Assembly: GCA_013285985.1 (NCBI GenBank)
Contig: JABDGR010000001.1
Location: forward strand, 67 to 64,066
Length of the DNA stretch: 64,000 nt
Direction of reading: 5' to 3'
Source of the DNA: Verrucomicrobiota bacterium
Lineage (GTDB): Bacteria; Verrucomicrobiota; Verrucomicrobiia; Opitutales; JABDGR01
Shown: positions 21,766 through 32,365 of the stretch, piece after piece
Position numbering within the stretch: the stretch's first letter is position 1
How the letters are laid out: every line of letters begins with the position of its first letter
Translations under genes and position numbers: made by a program
The notes under the pieces: model-generated
Databases searched by the model: none
What the model was told of the DNA's origin: nothing
The model's input: the letters and a program-made list of their open reading frames with translations, nothing else

Positions 21766-21836
21766 AGTGAACATAATAGCACATATTCGTCGCGGTGCAA
21801 ACAAATAGTATCACGGCAAAAAACGCCCTCCTCCTT

Positions 21837-24800
21837 TTACGGAACCGTTTGCGCTTCGACGCGGAGGAAGATGGCGCCGGTGGCGGGCAGGGCGACGCTG
21901 GCCTGGTATTGGGCAGTGTAGGGGTCGGCGTCGGAGACTTGCTGGATGCTTCCTGCGTCCACATCCGTCCAAGTCGCCAAGTCCGTGGAATACCGCGGCA
22001 CCAACTGGCAGTCGGTCATGTTTTTGCGGACGCGGTACTGGATGACAAGGGAGTTGACGCCGCTGATGTTCGCGGTGGAGAGGCTGGGCCGGCCCACGGG
22101 AGTGGCGGTCAGGTCGAGATTCATGGCGTAGCGGAGCAAATTCGCGGGGCCGCCAAAAGGTTTGGCGGTCGCCAGTGCGTCGGCACCGGAGAGACCGGAG
22201 TCCGCCGCCCAGGTGGCAAAGACCGTCGGTGCGTCCAAGCTGAGATTGCCAGTGGCATCGAGTTGGGAAACGTTCCAGTCCAGGCCGTCGCCCGAGGAGG
22301 TGAGCACAAAATTGGAAAAAGAACCGGACAACGTGTTGGCGACCGAGAGCAGGGAAAATGCGTCGCTCAAAGCTGGCGCGTAGCCGTTGATCAAGCCAAG
22401 GAGAAATGTGCCACCGAGGGTGAGATTGCCGCCGACATTGACGGAGCCGTATTGCGTGCCGAGGGTGGTGCCGCCGAGATGGAAAAGGGTGAGTGCGGTG
22501 GTGCCGAGAACCAGATTGTTGCCAAAGCTCAACAGCCCGGCGCTGCCGGACGTGCCGGCCTGCAATTTCCCGCCAATCGATGTATTTCCACCAACATTTC
22601 CGGTTCCGGCGAGAGTGCCGTTGACGCCGACGGTCACTGCACCCGTGCCGGTGGCCGAAACGGTGCCGTTGTTGGAAACGAGCAGAGCCCCGCCATTCAC
22701 CATGGTATTGCCGGTGTAGGTGTTGTTGCCGGAAAGCGTGAGCGCGCCCGGTTTGATTTTGGTCAAGTTGCCGCTGCCGCTGAGAACTCCGGACCAGGTG
22801 GCGTTCAAGCCGTTGGTGTCGATGGTTGAGGTGGTGGTGTTAACGAGAGTGGCGTTAATCGAAGTGGTCAAATTAGTGTTGGCAACTTGGAGCGTCCCGC
22901 CGCCGAAATTAAACGCATAATTGCCGGAGCCCGCTTGAATACCACTGGACCCACCGACGGACAGGGTGCCGCCGTTGAGATTGACAGTGCCGTTCGAACC
23001 GGTGTTTTGAGCGAGGGTAATATTGGAACCGGACGAGAGACTCACCAACCCGCCATTGGCCACCATCAAAGTCCCATGACCGGCTTCACCCACAGTAATA
23101 CCATCGGCAATGGCCAAAATGGAGTTGGGGTCAGTGACCAGCACTGTGCCAACGGTAGGCCCGGCAAATGATCCGATGGCAATGTCGAGGATTCCGCTGC
23201 CGGAAACTAAACCGCCATTAGCTACAGTCAGGTTGCCGGTACCCGTATTACTATTGGCACCCACAAGGATGCCACCAGCCACATGCAATGTCGAATTGGC
23301 GTCGGTTACCAATACGGTGCCATTGGCCGAGTTAAAGGTCGAACCCCCCAGTGCGTCCGTGGTCAGTATGAGCGAGCTGTTAATATTTACATTTCCGCCA
23401 TTGGCCACGGTGAGGTTGCCCGTGCCGCGGATACCGATGATGACATCATTCGCGACGCTTAACGTGGAGCCGAAACCAGTTACGAGCATGGCACCGGTAT
23501 CGTTATTCATAACACCGCCAATCGTGAGATTGGCACCACTGGTGACACTGCCGCCGTTAGCCACAGTCAAACTGCCCGCACCACCACCGCCAAAGTTATT
23601 GCTGCCGGCAGCTATATCACCCGTCGTATGCAAAGTTGAGTTGGCATCTGTAACCAGTACGGTGCCGGTTATACCAGAACCCACCACGACTGAACCGGCG
23701 GAGACATTGCCGCCATTGGCCACGGTGAGATTACCGGAGCCGGAGCCGACAAACCCGACCTTAATTTGACCGTTCACCATTAATTTTGAGCCGGGATCGG
23801 TGACCAGGGTTATGGCAGTGCCAGTTTGCCCAAGCTCGAAACCGAAGCCAGCCGCAGCGACATAGCCACCGTTGGCGATGGTGAGGGTGCCGTTGCCACC
23901 CTGGCCCACACTCATGCCGGCGGCGGCAATCAAGGATGAGTTGGCGCCCGAGACCAAGACCGAACCGGAGTTGACGGACACGACCACCTGGTTCGAGACC
24001 GGGTCAATGAATGCTTCGTTGCCTTGAAAACCGGCCAGCAGGGCTCCGGCCGCGATAATTTTGCCGCCATTGAGCACCGAGAGGTTGCCGATGCCGAAGT
24101 TGCCGACGTACAAAGTGTCGGACAAATTCAGCGTGGTGTTGGGGCCGGTCACCAGCGCCGTGCCGTTCGAGAAATCGGTATCACCGAGAGAGAGGTTTTG
24201 AGCCGCGATATTGGCGCCATTGGCAACCAGCAACGAAGCCGTCACGTTGCCCAAGTTGCCCACGGTAAAGTTGCTGCTGCTTTGGCCGACAGTGCTGCCG
24301 TTAACAATCAATTGACCACCGGTGACGACCGTGCCGCCGGTGTAGCTATTATTGCCGCTGGCGAGGGTGAGGTTGCCGAGGCCCGCCTTGACCAGTGCGC
24401 CGCTACCGGCCAAGTTCGTGGCAAAAGTGACATCGTTACCGTTGGTGTCAAAAGTCTCGTTGCCCGCGCCGAGCGGGTTGGCGAACGCAGAAATGTCGAG
24501 GGCGTTGCCCGGCGCCCATTGCAGGCCGCCGCCGCTGAGCGTGAAACCGCCCGGGCCAAAATTATTGAGCGAATTGAAATTGACCAAGCCGCCGGCCAGC
24601 ACCGTGCCGCCGGTGTAAGTGTTGTTAACGGTGAGGGTCAATGTGCCATCGCCGGCTTTGACGAGCGTGCCGCTGCCGGCAACAACCGAGGCAAAAGCGA
24701 TGTTGTTGCCATTGGTGTCAAAAGTGTCGTTGCCCGCGCCGAGCGGGTTCAAGCGGCTGGAAATGTCGAGGGTGTTGTTCGCCGCCCATTGCAAGCCGCC

Positions 24801-27401
24801 ACCGGCAAGGGTGAGATTGGCGGGACCAAAATTGTTGCCGGAATTGAAGTTTATCAGGCCACCATCAACCGCGGTGCCGTTGGAGTAGGTGTTGTTGCCG
24901 GTGAGCGTAACCACGCCACTGCCCGTCTTGATCAACGAGACGTTGCCTGCGAGCGCAACCGTCACGGTGCCATTCATGAGTTGGAAATTGTTGATGCTCG
25001 TCAGCGTGGAATTGCCCGTGCCGGTGATGCTGCCGCCATTGGCCAGGATCACCGATGTGAACGTGCCACTGTGATTGGCGCCGAAATCAAACGTGGCTGT
25101 CGAGTTGGCCAAGTCTACTCCCACGGACGTGTTACTCGGATTGCCGGGGGACGAACTGGAAGCAATGGCGGCAATCGCAAAATTGGCTCCACTGGCGCCA
25201 CTCGTGACCCCACTGAGGTAGCTGGAATTAATCGTTGGCTGAGAACCGTCGACGATCAGGGTGCTGGCGGGCGAAATGGAGCCGTTGGCCCCCTCCGCCA
25301 ACGTGCCGCCGGTGACGATAGTGTAGCCTGTGTAGGTTTCGTTTGCGTTCAGGGTCAGCGTGCCGTTGCTGATTTTCCCGAGTGAGCCAACGCCGCTGAT
25401 GACCCCCGTGAGCGTCGCGTTGGCACCGTTGGTGTCAATGATATCGGGCTGGGCGTTCGAGTTGTTGAGAGTCAGATTGGCACTCGTGGTCAAGTCGTCG
25501 CCGACGGTGGTGAAACCGAAACCGTTGAATATTTCACTGCTCGGAATACGGATTATGCCACCGTCGAGGCTGATACTCCCTGTGCCACTGCCGACGGCGA
25601 GGCCGTTTTGGCCGCCGACAATCAAGACCCCATTCGTGTTGATGGCCAGGGAGCCATGACTGCCCGCCTGATTCGCCAGGAGCACGCCGGGTTGGGCATT
25701 GACCACGGCGCCATTGGCGACGGTCAACGAGCCATTGCCATTATTGCCGACCAGCAGCACCCCACCGGTCACGTCCATCTCGGAGTGAAGCGCGAGGGTA
25801 CTGCCACCACCAAGAGTCACCACGGTGGCATCCTGAACAGTGACGCTGGCGGTGGAATTCGCACCATAGCCAATATACATGCCAACACCGTGGGAATCAC
25901 TGGAATTTGCTGTGACAGAGCAGATATTGGCGACCAGCAAGGTGCCATTGCCATCATAACCCACTGCCAGAGCACCGCCGCCCACGCGCAACACGGATGT
26001 TTCATTGTTGGCTGCGAAATTGCTGACGGTAACGCTGCCGGTGGAATTCGCGCCATAACCGATATACGCGCCAATACCATTCGGGTCATTGCCGTAAACA
26101 CTCACGTTGCCGCCATTAGCGACCAGAAGGCTGCCGTGGCCATTATAGCCCACGGCGAGAGCGCCGCTAAAAACGCTCAGGGCGGATCCATCCAGGGAAA
26201 TGGGGCCAAGATCGGTAACTGTGACGTTGCCCGTGGAATTGGCCCCGTAGCCGACATAGGCGCTAATGCCGTTGGCGTCACTGCTATTGATTCGGACGGT
26301 GCCGGCATTGGCGATGGTGAGATTGCCGGCGCCGTTATAGCCCACGGCCAGCGCGCCGCTATTCAGCGTCAAACCCGACCGCTGAGTGGCGCCAACCAAG
26401 TTGGGAAGAGTCAGCTCATCCCGAATCAAGACCGTGCCGGTGGAATTGGCAGCATAACCGAGATAAGCACCGATGCCGTTGGCGTCATTGCCGTTGAGGT
26501 TGGCGGCAGAGCCATTGGCCACGGTCAACGCGCCGGTGCCATTATAGCCCACGGCCAGCGCACCACTATTCACATTGAATTGAGACGAGAACCATGGAGA
26601 ACCGGGGTAGACAAAAGTGCCGCCGGTAACAGTGACCGTGCCGGTGGAATTGGCGCTGTGGCCGACATATGCGCCGATGCCCTGGGCATCGACCCCCGAG
26701 GCGTTGACCCCGCCGCCGTTGGCAATCGTGAGATTGCCGGTACCGTCATAGCCCAGCGCCAGAGCACCCGTGTTCACATTCAGGGTGGAGCGGGTGCCAA
26801 TAAAACTGCTATGCAGTGCATCGGCAACCATGACGGTGCCGGTGGAATTCGCGTCAGCGCCGATATACGCACCGATGCCATTCGCATCATTGCCGGTAAA
26901 ATTGGCTGAGGCGGCCTGGGCCACGGTCAAATTCCCTATGCCGGAAAGGCCCGCGGAAAAATTCCCGGCGACGCTCCAAAGCGTATTCAGATCGCTGACC
27001 AACACGGCGCCCGTCGCACCTGAACCTGAGCCAATGGTGGCGTTGCCGGAGGTGGCGAGGGTATGAGCGTCATGAATCGTGAGCAAGGTGCTGGCCGTGC
27101 TATTGGCATCCAGGCCGACCGTGAGAAAATCCGCAGTGGCGTTGGCCGTCGAGATTACTGGCTGGTTGCCACTGCCCGCGTCGATGTTGACGTTACCGCT
27201 GGAAGTCGGCACGGAGTTGGTGCTCCAATTCGAGCCGGTGTTCCAATCGGTGCTGGTGTTGCCGGTCCAGATAATTTGCGCGTGGGCGGGATTGGAGAAG
27301 AAAAGAACCAGGCAGAAAAGCGCGAACGAGGGACGCGATGAATGAATTAATAGCCTAAAAAGTCTGCATAGTGACAGAACAAAAGAGGCCGTGGATTTCA
27401 T
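21837..27401 (-). CDS. Large secreted repeat protein (~1,854 aa): N-terminal T5SS/PEP-CTERM-associated-like repeats plus C-terminal PATR repeats
   Basis: The track ORF runs to 27725. I prefer the ATG at 27401 (MKSTASFVLSLCRLF...LFFSNPAHAQIIW, signal-like) because the upstream 108 codons translate intergenic repeat DNA. At least six ~65-aa units carry GIGAY(I/V)GxxANSTGTVTV...GALAVGYNGTGNLTIANGG, followed by further (T/S)(V/I)ANGGxV units and then PATR units (GSGTLVKAGDGTLTLTVNNTYTGGTVLAGGLVNF). The C-terminus shows no obvious beta-barrel or PEP-CTERM. Confidence 0.85.
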   Translation of the reverse strand: MKSTASFVLSLCRLFRLLIHSSRPSFALFCLVLFFSNPAHAQIIWTGNTSTDWNTGSNWSTNSVPTSSGNVNIDAGSGNQPVISTANATADFLTVGLDANSTASTLLTIHDAHTLATSGNATIGSGSGATGAVLVSDLNTLWSVAGNFSAGLSGIGNLTVAQAASANFTGNDANGIGAYIGADANSTGTVMVADALHSSFIGTRSTLNVNTGALALGYDGTGNLTIANGGGVNASGVDAQGIGAYVGHSANSTGTVTVTGGTFVYPGSPWFSSQFNVNSGALAVGYNGTGALTVANGSAANLNGNDANGIGAYLGYAANSTGTVLIRDELTLPNLVGATQRSGLTLNSGALAVGYNGAGNLTIANAGTVRINSSDANGISAYVGYGANSTGNVTVTDLGPISLDGSALSVFSGALAVGYNGHGSLLVANGGNVSVYGNDPNGIGAYIGYGANSTGSVTVSNFAANNETSVLRVGGGALAVGYDGNGTLLVANICSVTANSSDSHGVGMYIGYGANSTASVTVQDATVVTLGGGSTLALHSEMDVTGGVLLVGNNGNGSLTVANGAVVNAQPGVLLANQAGSHGSLAINTNGVLIVGGQNGLAVGSGTGSISLDGGIIRIPSSEIFNGFGFTTVGDDLTTSANLTLNNSNAQPDIIDTNGANATLTGVISGVGSLGKISNGTLTLNANETYTGYTIVTGGTLAEGANGSISPASTLIVDGSQPTINSSYLSGVTSGASGANFAIAAIASSSSPGNPSNTSVGVDLANSTATFDFGANHSGTFTSVILANGGSITGTGNSTLTSINNFQLMNGTVTVALAGNVSLIKTGSGVVTLTGNNTYSNGTAVDGGLINFNSGNNFGPANLTLAGGGLQWAANNTLDISSRLNPLGAGNDTFDTNGNNIAFASVVAGSGTLVKAGDGTLTLTVNNTYTGGTVLAGGLVNFNSLNNFGPGGFTLSGGGLQWAPGNALDISAFANPLGAGNETFDTNGNDVTFATNLAGSGALVKAGLGNLTLASGNNSYTGGTVVTGGQLIVNGSTVGQSSSNFTVGNLGNVTASLLVANGANIAAQNLSLGDTDFSNGTALVTGPNTTLNLSDTLYVGNFGIGNLSVLNGGKIIAAGALLAGFQGNEAFIDPVSNQVVVSVNSGSVLVSGANSSLIAAAGMSVGQGGNGTLTIANGGYVAAAGFGFELGQTGTAITLVTDPGSKLMVNGQIKVGFVGSGSGNLTVANGGNVSAGSVVVGSGITGTVLVTDANSTLHTTGDIAAGSNNFGGGGAGSLTVANGGSVTSGANLTIGGVMNNDTGAMLVTGFGSTLSVANDVIIGIRGTGNLTVANGGNVNINSSLILTTDALGGSTFNSANGTVLVTDANSTLHVAGGILVGANSNTGTGNLTVANGGLVSGSGILDIAIGSFAGPTVGTVLVTDPNSILAIADGITVGEAGHGTLMVANGGLVSLSSGSNITLAQNTGSNGTVNLNGGTLSVGGSSGIQAGSGNYAFNFGGGTLQVANTNLTTSINATLVNTTTSTIDTNGLNATWSGVLSGSGNLTKIKPGALTLSGNNTYTGNTMVNGGALLVSNNGTVSATGTGAVTVGVNGTLAGTGNVGGNTSIGGKLQAGTSGSAGLLSFGNNLVLGTTALTLFHLGGTTLGTQYGSVNVGGNLTLGGTFLLGLINGYAPALSDAFSLLSVANTLSGSFSNFVLTSSGDGLDWNVSQLDATGNLSLDAPTVFATWAADSGLSGADALATAKPFGGPANLLRYAMNLDLTATPVGRPSLSTANISGVNSLVIQYRVRKNMTDCQLVPRYSTDLATWTDVDAGSIQQVSDADPYTAQYQASVALPATGAIFLRVEAQTVP

Positions 27402-27576
27402 GGACAAAAAATTCGCGAAACGCAGAGCAAGCCAAGGGAAATGGTTCCTTTGGCCGTGAGTAAGTAATTGTCCCAAATTCAGGCAGAGATTTGCCGGGGT
27501 GTCAAAACGATAGCAGGCGTAGGTTATAATGTTTCGTTTTCGTAACCAACGAGGGATGAAGCACCTGCGAAACAGG

Positions 27577-27618
27577 AAAAACAAAACGGCCGGCGCGCCA
27601 TCGAGTGACGCGCCGGCC
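27577..27618 (-). terminator. Rho-independent terminator candidate downstream of eno
   Basis: Perfect 10-bp GC stem GGCCGGCGCG (27588-27597) / CGCGCCGGCC (27609-27618) with an 11-nt loop. On the minus strand it is followed by GTTTTGTTTTTCC. Confidence 0.6.
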
Positions 27619-27813
27619 AAAGGGGGAAGTTCCCGCCCTACCCTCAAACAACGCCCCACCGATCGCGGGACGAGTCCCAAGACCTCGCCCTGAATCGGGC
27701 GCAGCAAGACTGCGCCTCTACGCAAAATTCCAACCGACTTTAAAACATGAGCTAGGCCCGCCGGGGACGTCGGGCCCTACCAAGAACGGCATAGCGCAAG
27801 CGCTGGCCCTACC

Positions 27814-29172
<1,359 letters not shown>

Positions 29173-29192
29173 TCAATACTGAGAGAGGGAGC

Positions 29193-29214
29193 GAAAGCGG
29201 CGTCGAGCCGCCGC
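29193..29214 (-). terminator. Short intrinsic-terminator-like hairpin after stand-alone NGxWY gene A (part of a repeated cassette)
   Basis: Minus strand reads GCGGCG-GCTCGA-CGCCGC-TTTC. The same hairpin recurs at 32325-32346 and 33419-33440. Confidence 0.45.
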
Positions 29215-29276
29215 AGTCCAAAGTAGCTGGTCAGTTAGCGGTTTAATTGAATTACATAGATAACAAACCTGTTCGG

Positions 29277-29918
29277 TTAATTCCTGTCGCCCCCTTTCCA
29301 ATACCACTTGCCGTTGATTTTGACGAAAGTCATGGGAATTTGAGTGTCGCCGAGCACAACCTTCCCGTTGCTGACCTTCAGCCTTGTGAGCATATAAGTT
29401 GCTTCGTCGCCACTAGCGTTAAAGGTCGGAGTCTGGGTTTCGAGCGCTTCATAAGACTGAGCTGCTGTGTCTATGCCCGATTGCATCATTGGTAGCATAC
29501 GCGGATCCTGGGCAACCATGTCTCGTATTTGTTGCTGTTGCGCTTGCAATTGTTGAATCCTCTCTGGGTCTAGTTTGTCAGGTGGGGTATAGGTTTGCTC
29601 AAATGCTGCGTCATCACCCGCCCGGAACAAACGCACAATGTCCGGAATGGCGGTTTTCAAATCGGCTTGGGGGTCGGCTTCCGCAGGAGCAGCCACTGGA
29701 GGTGCGGAAGTGGTGGTTTGCGAATTAACCTTAACTGGCGAGGCGAGAGGTTTCGCAATTTGGGGTGGCGCGAGCGGCTTTGGGGCGGCGACATTACTCG
29801 ATGCATACGCAGCGGCGGTTTTTTCCTGGGTCTTCGGTGTGGGGCGCAGGAACCACCAGACGAGTATGCCAATGATGGCGGTGACCAGAACGCGCAGGAT
29901 GAAGTTTGGCGACTTCAT
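29277..29918 (-). CDS. Stand-alone membrane-anchored NGxWY-domain protein (paralog A): TM helix + Pro/Ala linker + ~120-aa extracytoplasmic domain
   Basis: MKSPNFILRVLVTAIIGILVWWFLRP (Lys-first, single TM), an AP-rich linker, then ADPQADLKTAIPDIVRL..YTPPDKL..QTPTFNASGDEATYML..FVKINGKWYWK. Homologous to 10 other ORFs in this window. Confidence 0.85.
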   Translation of the reverse strand: MKSPNFILRVLVTAIIGILVWWFLRPTPKTQEKTAAAYASSNVAAPKPLAPPQIAKPLASPVKVNSQTTTSAPPVAAPAEADPQADLKTAIPDIVRLFRAGDDAAFEQTYTPPDKLDPERIQQLQAQQQQIRDMVAQDPRMLPMMQSGIDTAAQSYEALETQTPTFNASGDEATYMLTRLKVSNGKVVLGDTQIPMTFVKINGKWYWKGGDRN

Positions 29919-29979
29919 GCGGGTGTTCTTCGCAATTTATAGCCGAATAGGCAATTACTTCCGCGCGGTATTGACGCAT

Positions 29980-30060
29980 TTTCGTAGCGCGGTGCTTTAG
30001 CCCGCGCTTCAGCCTACATCGATTGTTCCCACGCGCGGGCTAAAGCACCGCGCTACGAAA
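29980..30060. repeat. 28-bp perfect inverted repeat (TTTCGTAGCGCGGTGCTTTAGCCCGCGC ... GCGCGGGCTAAAGCACCGCGCTACGAAA) with 25-nt loop
   Basis: Arms at 29980-30007 and 30033-30060 are exact reverse complements. The element is intergenic, between the S46 peptidase stop and the paralog A start. Confidence 0.9.
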
Positions 30061-30070
30061 CGAGGCAGGC

Positions 30071-30097
30071 AAAAGCGGGCGCAGCAAGACTGCGCCC
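30071..30097 (-). terminator. Terminator-like GC hairpin downstream of the S46 peptidase gene (member of the GGGCGCAG..CTGCGCCC repeat family)
   Basis: Minus strand reads GGGCGCAG-TCTTG-CTGCGCCC-GC-TTTT. A near-identical hairpin without a T-tract sits at 27697-27716. Confidence 0.45.
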
Positions 30098-30187
30098 CTA
30101 CAAAGGCAATCGTGCGTTCTCGTAGGGGCGCAAACTTGTTGCGCCCGCGGGCGACACGGAGGTCGTCCCTCCGGAACGATACGCGGC

Positions 30188-32266
30188 TTACCGATGGCCG
30201 TTGAAGAGTTCGGCGGCTAATGCCGGGGCGTCGTAGATTTTGCGGAGGGCTTCGAGAATGCCGGCGCTGTGGACACTGACGGAGCGGGTCTGCACGTCGG
30301 AATAACCATAATCGCCGGAGAGGGACTGGATGTTGCCGTCGAAGATGATGCCGACGAATTCGCCCGCTTCGTTGACGACGGGACTGCCGGAGTTGCCGCC
30401 GATGATGTCGGCGGTGTTCACGAAATTGAGCGGAGTCGTCAAATCGACCGCGGATTTTTTCGCGAGCCAGCGCGCCGGCAGGCCGAAGGGTTCGCGGTTG
30501 TGGTGGGCGTCGTCGCGGGCGAAAAGGCCGGCAAAGGTCGTGAGCGCGGGGATGGTCTGGCCGTTTTCCTCATAACTTTTCACCGGACCGTAGGCGAGGC
30601 GCAGAGTGAAGGTGGCGTCGGGATAATTATTCGTGCCCTCGAGGGCGAAGCGGGCTTTCTCGATGACGGCGTGGGCCTCCTGGATGATTTCCTGCTGCGC
30701 CTCGACGGTCTTGCGCAGGGCGCGGGACTCGGGGTCGATGACGCGGGCGAGCTCAATCATCGGGTCGTGCGCGGCGGCCACGGCGTCCGCGCCGCCTTCG
30801 TAGAGTTTTTTGCGGAAGGCGAGGTCGCGCACCTGCGTGGTGTTAATCAATTCGGCGGCGCGGTCGCGCGGGGATTTACCGGCGAGAACGGATTGAACGA
30901 GGGGGTCGTCTGCGCCGAATTGCTCGACCAGATAGCCTAACGAGTCCGCGAGCTTGAGAATTTCGAAATCGGAATAAATCGGCGCGTTGGAAAAAAGGAG
31001 TTGCTCGAAGGACTCGCGCTTGGCGTCAGAAAATTCCGGCAGGCGCTCGCCGTTGGGCTTGGGGCGCTCGGCCCCGGCGCGGAGGAGGCGGCGAGCGAGC
31101 GAGAAGGACGCGGAGTTGAAGCCGGCACCATCCTCAAGCAGACGAAAGCGCGGCTCCAGGCCGGTGATAATTTTTTGCGCGGCGACGATGCGGTCAAAGG
31201 CGGCGAGGGCGTCCTTGCCATTGGGGGTGGCGGCGAGCTGCTGCTTGAAGGCCTGCTCGGCGGCGACTTTCGCGCCGAAGAACACGGGGTCCTGCAACGC
31301 GGCGAGCTGGCCGTCGCTGCGCTTGCGGTTGTTCTGCACGTTCAGCAGATCGCTATCCGCGCGACGGGCGTTTTCATCGGCGCGGCCGCTCCAGACGGAG
31401 TACAACACCTCGCGGCGTTTGATGACCTGCAGGTAATAAGGAAGCTGGCTGTCGCGCATGTATTCGATTTCGGGAATCGTCAGCAGGCGGCGCGTGGTGC
31501 CGGGGTGGCCGGAGACAAACGTCAGCTCACCGTCCTGCGCGCCGGTGGCGGACCATTTTAAAAAGTGCGCGGGGTGCACGGGCTGGCCGTTTTCGTAAAC
31601 GCGGAAGATGCAGATATCGAGGTCGAAGCGCGGGAACTCGAAGTTGTCGGGGTCGCCGCCGAAATCCGCCGCCTGCTCCTCGGGCGCGAAGACAATGCGG
31701 ATGTCGGTATAACGTTTGTAGCGGTAGAGGTGGTACACGCCGCCCTGGTAGAGCGTGACGACATCGCTGCGCAGGCCGGTCTGGTCGAGCGATTCTTTTT
31801 CGATGTCGGCGAAAATTTTGCGGCGGGCGAGCGCGGCGTCCGTGCCCGTGGCGTCGGCGGGGACGGCGGCGTTGACGCGCGCAGTGACATCCTCGATGGA
31901 CTGGAGCACGTTCAGCTCGAGGTCGAGGCACTTCATTTCCTCGGCGGGGGTTTTGGCGTAAAAGCCGTCGCGCACGTAATTGTGCTCGGCGTTGCTCATT
32001 TTCAGCAGGTCGCCGCGGCCGATGTGGAAGTTGGTGATGACGAGGCCGTCGCCACTGACGAACGAGCCGGAGCCACCGCTGATGAAGCGCACGCTGGACT
32101 TCATCAGGTTGTCGAGCCAGGCGTCGGTGAGGTCGAAGCCGTATTTCGCCTTAATCTGGGCGCGCGGCGGCGCGGTATAAAGCCACATGCCCTCGTCAGC
32201 GGATGCGGAAACCGCGAGCGCGAGGAGGAGGGCGAAGCCGAGGAAAGTGGAGCGAAGCCGAATCAT
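30188..32266 (-). CDS. Peptidase family S46 (DPP7/DPP11-like dipeptidyl-peptidase), secreted
   Basis: The ATG at 32266 gives MIRLRSTFLGFALLLALAVSASADEGMWLY: a signal peptide followed by the DEGMW box typical of mature S46 enzymes. IIGGNSGSPVVN serine motif near the C-terminus. The track start at 32353 lies in a repeat. Confidence 0.85.
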   Translation of the reverse strand: MIRLRSTFLGFALLLALAVSASADEGMWLYTAPPRAQIKAKYGFDLTDAWLDNLMKSSVRFISGGSGSFVSGDGLVITNFHIGRGDLLKMSNAEHNYVRDGFYAKTPAEEMKCLDLELNVLQSIEDVTARVNAAVPADATGTDAALARRKIFADIEKESLDQTGLRSDVVTLYQGGVYHLYRYKRYTDIRIVFAPEEQAADFGGDPDNFEFPRFDLDICIFRVYENGQPVHPAHFLKWSATGAQDGELTFVSGHPGTTRRLLTIPEIEYMRDSQLPYYLQVIKRREVLYSVWSGRADENARRADSDLLNVQNNRKRSDGQLAALQDPVFFGAKVAAEQAFKQQLAATPNGKDALAAFDRIVAAQKIITGLEPRFRLLEDGAGFNSASFSLARRLLRAGAERPKPNGERLPEFSDAKRESFEQLLFSNAPIYSDFEILKLADSLGYLVEQFGADDPLVQSVLAGKSPRDRAAELINTTQVRDLAFRKKLYEGGADAVAAAHDPMIELARVIDPESRALRKTVEAQQEIIQEAHAVIEKARFALEGTNNYPDATFTLRLAYGPVKSYEENGQTIPALTTFAGLFARDDAHHNREPFGLPARWLAKKSAVDLTTPLNFVNTADIIGGNSGSPVVNEAGEFVGIIFDGNIQSLSGDYGYSDVQTRSVSVHSAGILEALRKIYDAPALAAELFNGHR

Positions 32267-32324
32267 AGGAAAGCGGCTAGTTGAGCCATGCGTGAAGGCG
32301 GGAGTCAATACTGAGAGAGAAGGC

Positions 32325-32346
32325 AAAAGCGGCGTCAAGCCGCCGC
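32325..32346 (-). terminator. Short intrinsic-terminator-like hairpin after stand-alone NGxWY gene B
   Basis: Minus strand reads GCGGCG-GCTTGA-CGCCGC-TTTT, followed by CTCTCTCAGTATTGACTCC (a possible -35 for the peptidase gene). Confidence 0.5.
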
Positions 32347-32365
32347 AGGCCAAAAAATTGCTGGA

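Noticed and set aside
21795-26909. Plus-strand ORFs 21795..22829, 24024..25385 and 25608..26909
   Set aside because: Antisense shadows of the 21837..27401 repeat protein; same compositional artefact.
1-27401. Periodic DNA repeats that could be mistaken for a CRISPR array or satellite
   Set aside because: The periodicity is in-frame protein repeats (about 90-aa and 65-aa units) with only ~80 % identity and no unique spacers. No cas genes are present.
27402-27725. N-terminal extensions of track ORFs into upstream DNA (also 32267-32353, 46767-46952, 49944-50255 and 53988-54335)
   Set aside because: The extensions translate intergenic hairpin repeats or promoter DNA, and they precede internal starts that give canonical N-termini or signal peptides.
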